DNA of 64,000 nt from Candidatus Saccharimonadales bacterium (GTDB taxonomy: Bacteria > Patescibacteriota > Saccharimonadia > Saccharimonadales > DATKHC01), in contig DATKHC010000001.1 in the NCBI GenBank assembly GCA_035510465.1, positions 70,799-134,798 of the forward strand. Reading direction: 5' to 3'. Positions 1-9,818 of the stretch are shown here, piece by piece. Position numbers and translations under genes: made by a program. Numbering within the stretch: the first letter of the stretch is position 1; each line of letters begins with the position of its first letter. The notes under the pieces are model-generated. The model was not told the origin of the DNA. It saw only the letters and a list, made by a program, of their open reading frames with translations, and did not search any database.

Positions 1-2
1 CA

Positions 3-284
3 AGCTATATAGTGCTAACTGGTGTCTTCTATTTACAGCCAGGGGCGTCTGCAAACCAGTTTACGTTGAATAATTTGAGCTGTACTCTATATGGCCCTGA
101 GGATACGATGGTCATTAACAGAGCACAGGTAGACTTCTGGGAGAACATCACTAGCGGTAGTCAAGTTGCTAAGAATATTAACACTTGGAATTCAGACAAA
201 CTACAGTGTTCCTCAACGACTGGTTCACAGACACCCGTAACAAGTGGGACTGACAATAGTAGTACGTCAACTACGACCAAATAA
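3..284 (+). CDS. hypothetical protein, probably the 3' end of a CDS truncated by the window edge; Ser/Thr-rich C-terminus
   Basis: The frame is open from the window edge (codons at 3, 6, 9 are sense) to TAA at 282-284. The first possible start is GTG at 12. No recognisable motif. Confidence 0.3.
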   Translation, partial: SYIVLTGVFYLQPGASANQFTLNNLSCTLYGPEDTMVINRAQVDFWENITSGSQVAKNINTWNSDKLQCSSTTGSQTPVTSGTDNSSTSTTTK

Positions 285-323
285 ATTTTAGGTAGTTATC
301 CAATAAATTTAGGTAGAGAAAAT

Positions 324-938
324 TTAGCTGTGGCTCTTGAGCCTTTGTTTCAGCCAAATTTGAAGCACAAATCTAACTACGAATAGCACCAGAAAAGCTA
401 TACTTGCTAAAATACTCCACCCCGCTAAATCAGGGGACCAAAACGGTGATACAAAATCGAACTCATAAAGAGCAGCCGGTATAGGTTGAACTTGGACGCC
501 ATGCTCTGTTATATAGCTTTCAATGCAACTTATTCTGTAGCGACCTGAAAAACCCGTTGGAATGGTGGCTTGGCAGTAGTTTTCAGCGGCCGTGTAAAGC
601 TGAGAGTTAACTGTACTGACTTGATTTATCTCGGCTTGTTCAAGCCTTTGATAGGTATATTTCAGCTGTATTGGAGGATAAATAGTACCCGTTCCACTAG
701 ATAAGTTAGTGTTCATGTGACTATAGATATAGGTTCTGAGCTGATTTAGGACCCCTGCGACATTACCATCCTGCTGGTCAACGTTAAGTAATTGATTTCT
801 CAAGTTAACGGCAGTTAGGTTGTTATGTCTTAGAGCTCCGACTGCAACTGAAGCGCTGATAATAAAAGCAACCAAAAAGTACCAGTAGCTTACGCTTCTA
901 AGTTTGGTTAGGAGATGATGAGCTTGTCGTTTGTTCAT
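324..938 (-). CDS. hypothetical membrane protein with N- and C-terminal TM helices
   Basis: 204-aa ORF. Hydrophobic segments are YWYFLVAFIISASVAVGAL and WSILASIAFLVLFVVRFVL. No catalytic motif recognised. Confidence 0.5.
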   Translation of the reverse strand: MNKRQAHHLLTKLRSVSYWYFLVAFIISASVAVGALRHNNLTAVNLRNQLLNVDQQDGNVAGVLNQLRTYIYSHMNTNLSSGTGTIYPPIQLKYTYQRLEQAEINQVSTVNSQLYTAAENYCQATIPTGFSGRYRISCIESYITEHGVQVQPIPAALYEFDFVSPFWSPDLAGWSILASIAFLVLFVVRFVLQIWLKQRLKSHS

Positions 939-1018
939 TGAACTAATAATGCTTAATTATAAGCTCTAAGTTTAACGACCGCATAGCGCTTAATTATCTC
1001 CATGCTAGACTAGTCTTA

Positions 1019-2314
1019 ATGAATGTGTTTTTTCTGGCTATCGGGGGAGCTGGCTTAAGCCCGCTGGCATTAATTGCCCAGGAAGCTGGTTTTCATGTAT
1101 CCGGCTCGAATAGGGAATCGTACAGTTCTATTGAAGAGCTAAAGAAGCGTGGTATAACCGATATTTATATAGGTAGCAGCAAAGAACAGATAGCTCGGAT
1201 ACACGAGAAAAACCCAATTGATTGGTTGATTTACTCTTCAGCTATACCTTTAGAAGACCCGAATTCTGTGGAGCTCAAGTTTGCCAGAGACATGAATATA
1301 AAGACTTCAAAAAGGGATGAATTTATTAATTTCTTAGTTCAAGATAAAAAACTCCAAATAGTTGCTATTTCTGGTACGCACGGCAAAACAACCACCACAT
1401 CTATGGTCGTTTGGCTATTTAAGCAGCTAGGAATAAAAGTTAGTTACTTAATCGGAGGTAAGATCGAGTTTGGGCCATCTGGTCAATATCAACCAGGGTC
1501 TTCCTATTTCGTAATTGAAGCTGACGAGTTTGATCGCAATTTTTTGAGCTTTGAACCATATTTAAGCCTGATCAGCGGAGTAAGTTGGGATCACCATGAG
1601 ATATTCCCAACCCGAGAAGATTATCAGCAAGCTTTTCGAGAATTTATTGAACAGTCAAAACACACCTTTATATGGGAAGAAGATTCCAGTTATCTAGGAC
1701 TTGATTCCAGCTCGGCTGTGTCTACGCTAAAACCCGATGACCCGTTAATTAACTCAATTAAACTAAACGGCAAATACAACCGACAGAACGCATATCTAGC
1801 GATTAAGGCAGTTGCGAAACTTACAGATTCGCCAACCAGCGCATTAGTAACCCAAATGGACAAGTTTCCTGGCCTAGGCAGAAGGATGGAAGAAATAGTC
1901 CCTAATCTATACTCTGATTATGCACATACTCCTGAGAAAATAAGGGCAGCTATGAACGCAGCTCTTGAATTGGCTTCAAAAAAATCGACTGATGTGGTGG
2001 TTGTTTATGAGCCACTTACCAATCGAAGGCAACACTACATAAAAGATCTATACCAAGACAGTTTTAAAGGAGTTAAGGCTATTTATTGGGTTCCGAGTTA
2101 CCTAGCTCGTGAAGATCCAGATCTTGAAATTATTGAATCTAAGGAATTAATCGCTAGGCTCAGCGACCCCAGCGTAGCGAAACCAGCCCTTCTTGACGCT
2201 GAGCTTAAAGAAAGGATTAAATCGTATCTGAGTTCGGGCGACATGGTCGTTGCGATGTCCGGTGGAGGACCGGGTGGTTTAGATGAATGGTTAAGACGAG
2301 AATTCAGTTACTAG
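1019..2314 (+). CDS. murC: Mur ligase family protein, MurC-like (UDP-N-acetylmuramate--L-alanine ligase) or Mpl-like
   Basis: N-terminal Rossmann-like FLAIGGAGLSPLALIAQEAGFHVSGSN matches the MurC/Mpl N-domain pattern. Mur ligase P-loop ISGTHGKTTTTSM is present. 431 aa. Confidence 0.7.
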   Translation: MNVFFLAIGGAGLSPLALIAQEAGFHVSGSNRESYSSIEELKKRGITDIYIGSSKEQIARIHEKNPIDWLIYSSAIPLEDPNSVELKFARDMNIKTSKRDEFINFLVQDKKLQIVAISGTHGKTTTTSMVVWLFKQLGIKVSYLIGGKIEFGPSGQYQPGSSYFVIEADEFDRNFLSFEPYLSLISGVSWDHHEIFPTREDYQQAFREFIEQSKHTFIWEEDSSYLGLDSSSAVSTLKPDDPLINSIKLNGKYNRQNAYLAIKAVAKLTDSPTSALVTQMDKFPGLGRRMEEIVPNLYSDYAHTPEKIRAAMNAALELASKKSTDVVVVYEPLTNRRQHYIKDLYQDSFKGVKAIYWVPSYLAREDPDLEIIESKELIARLSDPSVAKPALLDAELKERIKSYLSSGDMVVAMSGGGPGGLDEWLRREFSY

Positions 2315-2322
2315 GTTAACGG

Positions 2323-3636
2323 TTAGGGAGACAATCGGTTTATATCTCTCGGAAAGAGGATTGCTTCTTTAACGTTTGCTAGCCCAACCACTTTCTCGAC
2401 TAAACGATCAATACCAAAACCACAGCCACCGTGAGGCGGTAAACCATATTTGAATGCTTGCAAGTAATAAGAATAGCCAGGGTGTTTGGGATCAAGTCCG
2501 GCTTTTTTCATCTGTTTAACCAAGGTGTCGTAATGATACTCACGGACTGGGCAGGTAGCAATTTCTACACCCCTAAATAGGAGATCGCCCCAGAGAACCG
2601 TTTCTGGGTCATCTGGATCAACCTGATGATAAAATTTCATGATAGCAACCGGGAAGTGAGTCACGAAAACTGCTTCACTGCCTTCTTTGTCTCTTGCGTA
2701 GTTACAAATCCAGCGCTCTTCATCTGGCTTCAAATCGGTCTCGGCTGTTGTGTCAATACCGGTCGCTTCGCTATAGAGTTTGTGGACTTGTTTAACCGTG
2801 TACCGAGGAAACTGCTTTTTGATCTTTAATTCAGGGGCTTTGAGTTCTTCTAGGTCTTTGGAGTTAGTGTCGTATATCCTGGCCAAAACTGCGTACGTCA
2901 TGTCTTGAACTAGGTTTAGCACATCTTCAAGACCATCAATAAAAGCCATTTCAATATCTAGCATCGTAACTTCACTTACATGACGGGTGGTTGCACTTAA
3001 CTCAGCTCTGAAAGCAGGTCCTATTTCAAATACTCTTTCAAAAGCTGCAACAAGTATTTGCTTATAGAACTGGGGGCTTTGAGCAAGCGTTGCTTGTCTT
3101 CCAAAATAATCAACGGAGAAAACCTCAGCACCACCCTCAGTTGCTCCGGCTAAAAGCTTTGGTGTCTGTATTTCAACAAAGTCGTGCCCAAGTAGAAACT
3201 CTCGAATGTATTGGTTAAGGTTTGATCGTATCTTAAAGATCTTTTGTTCAGACAAATTTCTAAGTCCGACTACTCGGTTATCGAATAACGTATCTAGATT
3301 TTCCGGTTTGTGAGAAAGTGGCTTATCGATTTCGATAGGTAGCTCATCCTCCACAGGCACTAAGACCTCAATTTTAGGGTCATGGAGTTCAACTCCACCA
3401 ACAGCTCGCTCCTCAGACACTAATTTACCTTTTATCTTAACCACCGTACCGATCTGCAAACCTCGTAGTTTTTCGACTTCATCTTTGTCTTGGACAACTA
3501 CTTGAACTAGACCATAGCCATCACGCACATTTAAAAACGTAAGGCCACCCAGCAGCCGCTTTTTATGTAACCATCCAGCTATTTGAACTTCCTTATTGAG
3601 GTGGTCTTTTAAGTCTTTACTTAGAATTCTGCTCAT
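2323..3636 (-). CDS. aspS: aspartate--tRNA ligase, archaeal/type-2 class IIb, possibly non-discriminating
   Basis: 437 aa. It has an N-terminal OB-fold anticodon-binding pattern, LAQSPQFYKQ, FRAE (motif 2), YLQAFKYGLPPHGG and a C-terminal ILFPRDINRLSP, all typical of archaeal-type AspRS. Confidence 0.88.
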   Translation of the reverse strand: MSRILSKDLKDHLNKEVQIAGWLHKKRLLGGLTFLNVRDGYGLVQVVVQDKDEVEKLRGLQIGTVVKIKGKLVSEERAVGGVELHDPKIEVLVPVEDELPIEIDKPLSHKPENLDTLFDNRVVGLRNLSEQKIFKIRSNLNQYIREFLLGHDFVEIQTPKLLAGATEGGAEVFSVDYFGRQATLAQSPQFYKQILVAAFERVFEIGPAFRAELSATTRHVSEVTMLDIEMAFIDGLEDVLNLVQDMTYAVLARIYDTNSKDLEELKAPELKIKKQFPRYTVKQVHKLYSEATGIDTTAETDLKPDEERWICNYARDKEGSEAVFVTHFPVAIMKFYHQVDPDDPETVLWGDLLFRGVEIATCPVREYHYDTLVKQMKKAGLDPKHPGYSYYLQAFKYGLPPHGGCGFGIDRLVEKVVGLANVKEAILFPRDINRLSP

Positions 3637-3641
3637 TTGAC

Positions 3642-4676
3642 TTATTCTATCACCTCTGGCTCTTCTGTGATTTCTTCCTTATCGGAATCTTTTGGTTTAA
3701 TGCGCCGGTTTACCACTGCTTGTTTGTCATCGTATAAGTCAAAATCATCTGCTATAACGTCCCCGACTAGCTCGTCCAATACTTGTGCTGCCGAGATCAC
3801 CCCGACGTAATCTTCAAAACTGTTAATAACTATCATTAATTTAGCTTTTGTTTTGGATATCGCTTGAAGGACTTCTGTAAGGGGCTGTTCTTCGTGTACG
3901 AATGTCAGTTTAGGATTCATTACCTCACCCACAGTTGGGCTTTCTGAACTACTGATTACTTCATCTAATTCGAGTGTGCCGACGATATTAATATGTTTTT
4001 TTTGGTAAACCGGAAAGGATCTCTGGCCAGACTTGTGAAGCTCAGCTAGAACTATTGGCCCCAACCTGTCGTCACTGGAGACCTCTTTAACCTTTGTAGA
4101 AGACATCATAATGTCAGCTACCAACTTATCATTGAATTTAAGAACATGGCTCAACATATTTATCTCAATGGTACTGATACGGTTGCCTGGTTGATCTGGC
4201 TGCCTGGTTAACAAATTTAGTAAGTCGGTTTTTTCATAAATTTTGGCATGTTTCACTCGGTAGTGATGTTCAGCTGATCCAAAATGTTTTGTTAAACCGT
4301 GTACATAATGAGCCAACGAACCAATTAAGGGGGCTACAAGTTCCGTAATATAAGAATTAATGGCTCTGGCACCACTTCTAGGTATCCAAATAAATCCAAT
4401 CCAGATCAAAGCGATCGAGGCGCCAAATGCCACCCAAAGAGGTGAGTGTTTAGAAACAAGTGTGAAGAAAAATGAGCTTGAAACGATTATCAAAAACCAA
4501 AGAAGCCACTGCGTTGCAAGTCCCCAGCGAGCAGCTTTGTAAAGACGGGTTGCAGCCTTGTCGCCGTAACGAGCCCGCCGTTTTAATTCGATTGCGGGAA
4601 CCGTTTCAAATACCTCCGCAATAGCTGAAAGCAATAAGACTAATAAGCCGAGGGTTATGACTACAAAGCTCATCAT
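3642..4676 (-). CDS. CNNM/DUF21 transmembrane domain plus CBS-pair protein (CorC/HlyC-type putative divalent-cation transporter)
   Basis: The N-terminal part has about 4 TM helices. It is followed by two CBS-like repeats (DIMMSSTKVKEV...VGTLELDEV and VGEVMNPKLTFV...VGVISAAQVLDELVG). Confidence 0.78.
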   Translation of the reverse strand: MMSFVVITLGLLVLLLSAIAEVFETVPAIELKRRARYGDKAATRLYKAARWGLATQWLLWFLIIVSSSFFFTLVSKHSPLWVAFGASIALIWIGFIWIPRSGARAINSYITELVAPLIGSLAHYVHGLTKHFGSAEHHYRVKHAKIYEKTDLLNLLTRQPDQPGNRISTIEINMLSHVLKFNDKLVADIMMSSTKVKEVSSDDRLGPIVLAELHKSGQRSFPVYQKKHINIVGTLELDEVISSSESPTVGEVMNPKLTFVHEEQPLTEVLQAISKTKAKLMIVINSFEDYVGVISAAQVLDELVGDVIADDFDLYDDKQAVVNRRIKPKDSDKEEITEEPEVIE

Positions 4677-5072
4677 AAATACAGTCTAGCACGGCACTTT
4701 GACGGGCAATTTATAAATAGTTCTCTCTTGAAGAGATTCGTTAATACCTAATGAATTGCTGCCAGGAGGGTCGTCTGACTTTTACTTCCACTTTATAACC
4801 TTTTGATTGAATGATTTTTATTTTAATAGACACCTTAGCACCTCCCAACTTGAACTAAGCTCACACAAGAATAATTCAAGTTTTTATTTTTGGTTGTTTT
4901 TGTCTTCAAGCAAGGAGTAATTTTTCTCCTTATCTAACGAAGTAATCTAATACTTACATAACCGTCTTGCTTGTGTCAACTTTTTTTGAGATTAAATATC
5001 TTGGGTTTTTAAACTGATTTCCGCCTGTATTTAAACTGGTATAAAATAACGCTAGTGTTAAAAAACTAAAAA

Positions 5073-6770
5073 ATGCAGGAATCAATTTTCTCTGGGCTAA
5101 GCATAGTTATTGTCATAGCGACTGGCATGGCTCTTTTGATGCGCCTGATTAAGCAACCCTTGATAATCGGCCATATCTTAACTGGTATATTGGTCGGTCC
5201 GACAGTCTTCCATTTGCTTAAATCACCAACAACCATCCAAACCTTTTCTAACATCGGGATTGCCCTTCTACTGTTTATCATTGGCCTGGGGTTGAACCTA
5301 AAAGTTATTAAAGAAATTGGGCGAATAGCAGCTTTAGTTGGCTTAATACAGGTTGGCTTAATAGCAGTTCTTGGTTGGTTAGTCGGGAATGCTTTTGGTC
5401 TAAGTTACAGACAAAGTGTGTTTTTGGGCGTAGCTTTATCTTTTAGCAGTACTATTATTATTCTTAAGCTGTTAAACGATAAAAAAGAAACTTCTAGACT
5501 CTACGGCAAAATAACAATAGGCGTGCTAATTATCCAAGACGTGCTAGCAGCAATCGCTCTCCTGTTCGTGACGTCTCAGGGTAATAACAGTTCAATTTCG
5601 TTAGATCAACTTGGCTCACTCGCTGCTAAGGGGCTACTTGCAACTGCAGCTTTGTTTATTGTCGGTAATCTGGTTTTACCCAGAATGCAAAAACTTATTT
5701 CAACTAACTCTGAGTTTCTTTTTTTGTTTGCCATCGGCTGGGGATTTGGAAGCGCAGCCTTGTTTGAGGGTATTGGTTTCTCACTTGAGATAGGTGCTTT
5801 GCTCGGTGGAATAGCGTTGGCTTCCCTACCTTTTGTTCAAGAAATAAGTGCGCGATTGAGACCCTTGAGAGATTTCTTCATTGTGGTCTTTTTCATTTCC
5901 CTTGGCAGTCGTCTGACTTTCTCGTCACTCGGTTCACAACTCGGGCTTATTCTAGTTGCCGGCTTAATTGTCGTGGTTATAAAACCACTGGTTGTACTGC
6001 TAGTGATGTCAGCTCTGGGCTATACCAAACAAACTTCGTTCAAAACCGCTATAAGCCTGGGACAAATTAGCGAATTCTCATTAGTTTTAATATTACTCGG
6101 AAATAGCATCGGGATAATACCAGCCAGTCTTGTTAACGTCGTGACTATCTTGGCGCTTGGTTCGATAGCCATATCTACATATGCGATTAATTATTCTGAC
6201 CCGCTTTTCCGCTTGCTTGAAAGACAGCTAGCCTTTCTTGAAAGAGCTAAAGCCAAAACTACTCACGAAGCCAGACGACACCATTACGAACTTGTACTAC
6301 TTGGCTACAAACAAGGTGGTCAGGAATTTCTGAAACTTTTCCAAGACTTAAAAAAAGATTTCATAGTTGTCGATTATGACCCTGAGGTTATTGAGATTAT
6401 GGAACGTGAGCACGTTAACTGTATTTACGGAGATGCTACGGATGTTGAGTTGTTAGAAGAAATAGGAATTGAACATTCAAAATTAATCGTATCTACGGTA
6501 CCTGACCACGACACTAATGTTTTCTTGATAAAGTTACTTGAAAAAATTAATCCTTCAGCTATCGTCATCGTTCACGCAGAGACCATTAAACTTGCTACTG
6601 AACTTTATGCCCTGGGGGCTAGCTACGTTGTCATTCCACATTACATAGGCAACGAAAAAATTGGGGCTTTTATAAAGAATAGTTCGCTCAAAAAAAGTGA
6701 GTTTGATAAATATCAGCAAAAGCACTTAGCCTATTTGCAAACTCACTATGCCTTAGCGTCTGAAACATAA
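5073..6770 (+). CDS. cation:proton antiporter (CPA2/Kef-type) with C-terminal RCK/TrkA-N-like domain
   Basis: 565 aa. The N-terminal KQPLIIGHILTGILVGP motif and more than 10 TM helices fit a Na_H_exchanger fold. The C-terminal 150 aa form a Rossmann-like RCK domain (ELVLLGYKQGG...). Confidence 0.85.
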   Translation: MQESIFSGLSIVIVIATGMALLMRLIKQPLIIGHILTGILVGPTVFHLLKSPTTIQTFSNIGIALLLFIIGLGLNLKVIKEIGRIAALVGLIQVGLIAVLGWLVGNAFGLSYRQSVFLGVALSFSSTIIILKLLNDKKETSRLYGKITIGVLIIQDVLAAIALLFVTSQGNNSSISLDQLGSLAAKGLLATAALFIVGNLVLPRMQKLISTNSEFLFLFAIGWGFGSAALFEGIGFSLEIGALLGGIALASLPFVQEISARLRPLRDFFIVVFFISLGSRLTFSSLGSQLGLILVAGLIVVVIKPLVVLLVMSALGYTKQTSFKTAISLGQISEFSLVLILLGNSIGIIPASLVNVVTILALGSIAISTYAINYSDPLFRLLERQLAFLERAKAKTTHEARRHHYELVLLGYKQGGQEFLKLFQDLKKDFIVVDYDPEVIEIMEREHVNCIYGDATDVELLEEIGIEHSKLIVSTVPDHDTNVFLIKLLEKINPSAIVIVHAETIKLATELYALGASYVVIPHYIGNEKIGAFIKNSSLKKSEFDKYQQKHLAYLQTHYALASET

Positions 6771-7354
6771 AGACGCTTTTCGGTTATATAGTTGTAGACT
6801 GGTCGCGGGAGAATACTTGGCCTGCTACCCGACTTTAGTTGCTGTTTAACAAGAAAGTTTCTGGGTAAGTCTACGCTTGTTTTAAAGGTTTTGACTTTAA
6901 TCTTTATGCCTGTTAGATCTTTGAGTAGCTGAACTTGCTCTTGTACCGATTTGGCGGTTTGTTTTCTCAAGCCAACAACCAGACTAAAGCTTTGGTCACT
7001 AAATTTTAGCCACGGCCATTTAACAACTTCCGCTATGCTATCTTCGCTTAAAAGTACGTTTAAACAATCTGGTCCAAAGCGCGTTGACAGAGCAGGAAGA
7101 ACATCTTCAAAATCAAAACTGCCTTGTCTAATCACAATTACACCCAGTCGATCTTCCTTTTCTATAGCTATGCTGGCCATATTAATTCGGTGGTCAAATG
7201 CCTTTACTCCCTGTTCAGTGCGAGGTCTAGGCTCTACTAGAAAATAGACCTTATCTAGACCGACTAGTTCTACAGCTGTTTTAGCAAACTCGATGTGTCC
7301 AGCATGAATAGGATCAAATGCACCTATGTAAACGGCAATGTTAATCTTTCCCAT
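6746..7354 (-). CDS. nadD: nicotinate/nicotinamide-nucleotide adenylyltransferase-like cytidylyltransferase
   Basis: N-terminal GAFDPIHAGH matches the (T/H)xGH nucleotidyltransferase signature of the NadD family. 202 aa. Its 3' end overlaps the convergent antiporter gene by 25 nt. Confidence 0.62.
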   Translation of the reverse strand: MGKINIAVYIGAFDPIHAGHIEFAKTAVELVGLDKVYFLVEPRPRTEQGVKAFDHRINMASIAIEKEDRLGVIVIRQGSFDFEDVLPALSTRFGPDCLNVLLSEDSIAEVVKWPWLKFSDQSFSLVVGLRKQTAKSVQEQVQLLKDLTGIKIKVKTFKTSVDLPRNFLVKQQLKSGSRPSILPRPVYNYITEKRLYVSDAKA

Positions 7355-7362
7355 TACTTTAA

Positions 7363-8877
7363 TTATCCCTTAGCTGGCCTAGCTTTAACAAGTAAGTTCT
7401 GTGATTTTAGCTCATTCTTTTGATTCCCAGAACCATAACTTATTTTTCCGTCTATTTGTTTTGAGTGACAGCCGGTGCAAACTTTATTACCTTTTTTTGT
7501 TTCATAAATTACCTTTTTAGCAGAGCATATTTTACAGGCTCTTTCTGTATCGTGGAGTAATTCCCCATCAAGACCTAAGGACTTAGCTAATATTGCGTCA
7601 GGACTTATGGGGTTGACTGCCTCTAAACCACAGCTTCCGGCCCCACAAAAAGAGGGGGCTGGAGCATTTCGTTCTACTTCAATTAACATTAACTCGGCTT
7701 CTAATTCTTGTCCGTTGGCCCTTAACCAGGCAACCTCCGCTAAACCGTCGGCAGTTTCCTTGTCAAACATCGTCTCAGCCTCTTCGGGATGATATTTAAG
7801 TACATCTAGCATTACCTGCTTTAAGTAGTTGTTTACTAGACCTTCGGCTGCTCCTCTATCTGTGCCATTTTCAACCAGTGAAACTAGATAGTTAGCCATT
7901 TCAAGTGGTTTGGGAACAAGTTTTTGCCTTCGGGCTTCAGCTTGGTCGGCAATACTGTCATAGTCGGCCACCTGACCTTCCTGCAGAAGCTCGCCCATGA
8001 ATATTGGCACACCCCAAAACTCACTGGCTTTTTTATCAAGAGCTTTGGCCAGATCAATGACGCTGCCACCCTCTAAGTCAATAATCTGTTTCCCTTGAAT
8101 ACCGGTTTTGCCGATATCCTCTGAGTCTTTCAGTAATCCCATGTCAGCAAACGTTGCAGTGACCACTTCGTGGGTGATGTAAGTTCCCGAAAGAGCAATT
8201 TGTTCCTCGAACCTGTTACCTCCAGGGATAAATCTAACTCCTCTGCCCATCAGTTTATTGATACCTGGTGCGTATCCCCCGTGAGAAGCCTTTTTGTCTC
8301 TTTTGAATGCCGCATGAGCCCAATCCGTGCATTGCGAAACCGTCTGGACACTTACTGTTTCGCTAAGTCCTAGGTGACCTATGGTCTTATAGGTTACTTC
8401 TTCCACGAATTCATTACTTCTTCTGTCTTGCTCTTCAGGTTCAGCAACTGGACTCAAGCCATCTTCTGTGATTGCAGATAGGTTAAACCCGTGAGCAAAA
8501 TAATCACCAGAAACAGGATCTAGGATCTGCTCCACCTCCGAAAAGTATTCCCAGGTGTTTTTCCTAAATGCTTCCCCAAACAATCGTTCGCAGTCCAGCA
8601 ATAAACCCTGCTTCGCCTCCAGGTGTTCGGGGCTAAACTCCCCATAGATAATCCTAGTCTCAACTACTCTCTGGGCAGTCCCAAGCACATCCATAGGTAG
8701 TGGCACTTGCTCGAATCGGCCCTCTACAAGTAGTTGAAAATTGTAATCAAGTTTTTCGGCTGCATAGTGCCTGGCCTCTGACCGAAGCGGCTGCAGCAAC
8801 GGAACTGTATCTGAGTCAACAAACCTAGAGGGCTCTTGCCCTCCGGGCGGCGAAAATATTTCAAATTTGTTTGCCAT
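7363..8877 (-). CDS. hypothetical cytoplasmic protein with C-terminal Cys4 zinc-ribbon
   Basis: The long ORF runs to 9018, but the ATG at 8877 (MANKFEIF...) is the more plausible start. The C-terminus carries CKIC...14 aa...CTGC plus FCGAGSC. No family recognised. Confidence 0.5.
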   Translation of the reverse strand: MANKFEIFSPPGGQEPSRFVDSDTVPLLQPLRSEARHYAAEKLDYNFQLLVEGRFEQVPLPMDVLGTAQRVVETRIIYGEFSPEHLEAKQGLLLDCERLFGEAFRKNTWEYFSEVEQILDPVSGDYFAHGFNLSAITEDGLSPVAEPEEQDRRSNEFVEEVTYKTIGHLGLSETVSVQTVSQCTDWAHAAFKRDKKASHGGYAPGINKLMGRGVRFIPGGNRFEEQIALSGTYITHEVVTATFADMGLLKDSEDIGKTGIQGKQIIDLEGGSVIDLAKALDKKASEFWGVPIFMGELLQEGQVADYDSIADQAEARRQKLVPKPLEMANYLVSLVENGTDRGAAEGLVNNYLKQVMLDVLKYHPEEAETMFDKETADGLAEVAWLRANGQELEAELMLIEVERNAPAPSFCGAGSCGLEAVNPISPDAILAKSLGLDGELLHDTERACKICSAKKVIYETKKGNKVCTGCHSKQIDGKISYGSGNQKNELKSQNLLVKARPAKG

Positions 8878-9083
8878 TAAAAAACCTACTTCTTTGTTTG
8901 AAACAACTCCGAAGCAGGTCTTAAATTTGCTCCTGCTCGGGAGACTTAAAACTTGCTGTATCGGACTTATCCAAAGCTTGCTTTGGCTTACCGTTGCGGC
9001 ACAGTGCAGGCTTCTCACCTGACTTCCAGCAATTAGATTTTAAGCTACTTTTGTTTTGCTAATCATAGCATATGTTGGCAGTC

Positions 9084-9776
9084 TTATTTAGCACTAAAAC
9101 TATTTAAAATGTCATAAAGTGTCGAGTAATCTGGCTCCGCGCTATGATCAACGTACAAGATGAAATACTTGTGAGTACTTTCCCTCGGTCCCGCAATAGA
9201 TACTGAGTTTTGACTGCCTACTGAACCAGTCCCAATCTTGTTATCAAACCTGTCAGGATAGTTACATAAAAATGGTACCCCCTGCCAATTAGCAGCTACA
9301 GGGACGGTGCTGCCTGGCGGCGAAGACGTAAAGTCAGTGCAATCATCTGATAGACTCCCCCAAGACATACCACTACCGTGCGGTTGAACAGGCAGTTCAA
9401 GGTTAACTGCTTGGGTTACGGGGATGGTATCGGTGTAGATCGTCATAGAAATACTGGCTTCGCCAGAGTTTATGGCCCAAGTTACACTATTTTGATCTGG
9501 AGTATCGACTTTGGCAGTTTGAGCCCAACCACTGGGAAGACTTAAGCTAAAAGTAGGCTGATTAATAGTTTCGCTAAGCGCTGTCGTATTATCTCCCAAA
9601 ACTTTACCAACAACCTGAGCAGCTCCGCTTACCTCAACCGGTTGATTATTAATTAGGCTGTTCTTCACTGCCAGCCCTATGCCGAATAAAATCGCAGACA
9701 AAACAGCTACTACCAGAAAGCCATGCCAAGTTTTACGCCAATGAGACCGATGGCCGTACCGATATCTAGAGCTCAT
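9084..9776 (-). CDS. hypothetical membrane-anchored extracytoplasmic protein
   Basis: 230 aa. A basic N-terminus is followed by a single TM (GFLVVAVLSAILFGIGLAV). The rest is polar with 2 Cys. Confidence 0.5.
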   Translation of the reverse strand: MSSRYRYGHRSHWRKTWHGFLVVAVLSAILFGIGLAVKNSLINNQPVEVSGAAQVVGKVLGDNTTALSETINQPTFSLSLPSGWAQTAKVDTPDQNSVTWAINSGEASISMTIYTDTIPVTQAVNLELPVQPHGSGMSWGSLSDDCTDFTSSPPGSTVPVAANWQGVPFLCNYPDRFDNKIGTGSVGSQNSVSIAGPRESTHKYFILYVDHSAEPDYSTLYDILNSFSAK

Positions 9777-9818
9777 ATTTATTTTTTATCCTTAACTTAT
9801 TATATCTTAAGCAATTTC

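Noticed and set aside
281-316. Imperfect direct repeat ATAAATT(T)TAGGTAG x2 between the first two genes
   Set aside because: It is very short and AT-rich, and chance can explain it in a convergent intergenic spacer. It has no hairpin potential.
2626-2829. Short ORFs nested in or antisense to long conserved genes across the window (for example 2626-2829, 4360-4542, 5066-5281, 6951-7247, 7607-8373, 10865-11098, 14957-15238, 18790-19176, 20519-20964, 24238-25467, 25842-26108, 32668-33162, 36993-37206, 41005-41217, 42634-43392, 49490-50097, 51336-51959, 54100-54968, 55670-55943, 57314-59622)
   Set aside because: All lie within stronger ORFs that carry recognisable motifs or coherent membrane topology. 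They are typical six-frame noise.
2323-3636. Possible deviation in an AspRS active-site segment (EIATCPVREYH where I expected a G-G/S-Q-R-type motif)
   Set aside because: The expectation rests on my recollection of reference sequences and cannot be evaluated without a proper alignment. The flanking class II motifs are intact, so there is no basis to call the enzyme aberrant.
4677-5072. Riboswitch (for example a c-di-AMP/ydaO type) upstream of the Kef-type K+ transporter gene
   Set aside because: I could not find the conserved ACGGGGA/pseudo-symmetric core or any convincing multi-stem structure by eye. Only a covariance-model scan could decide.
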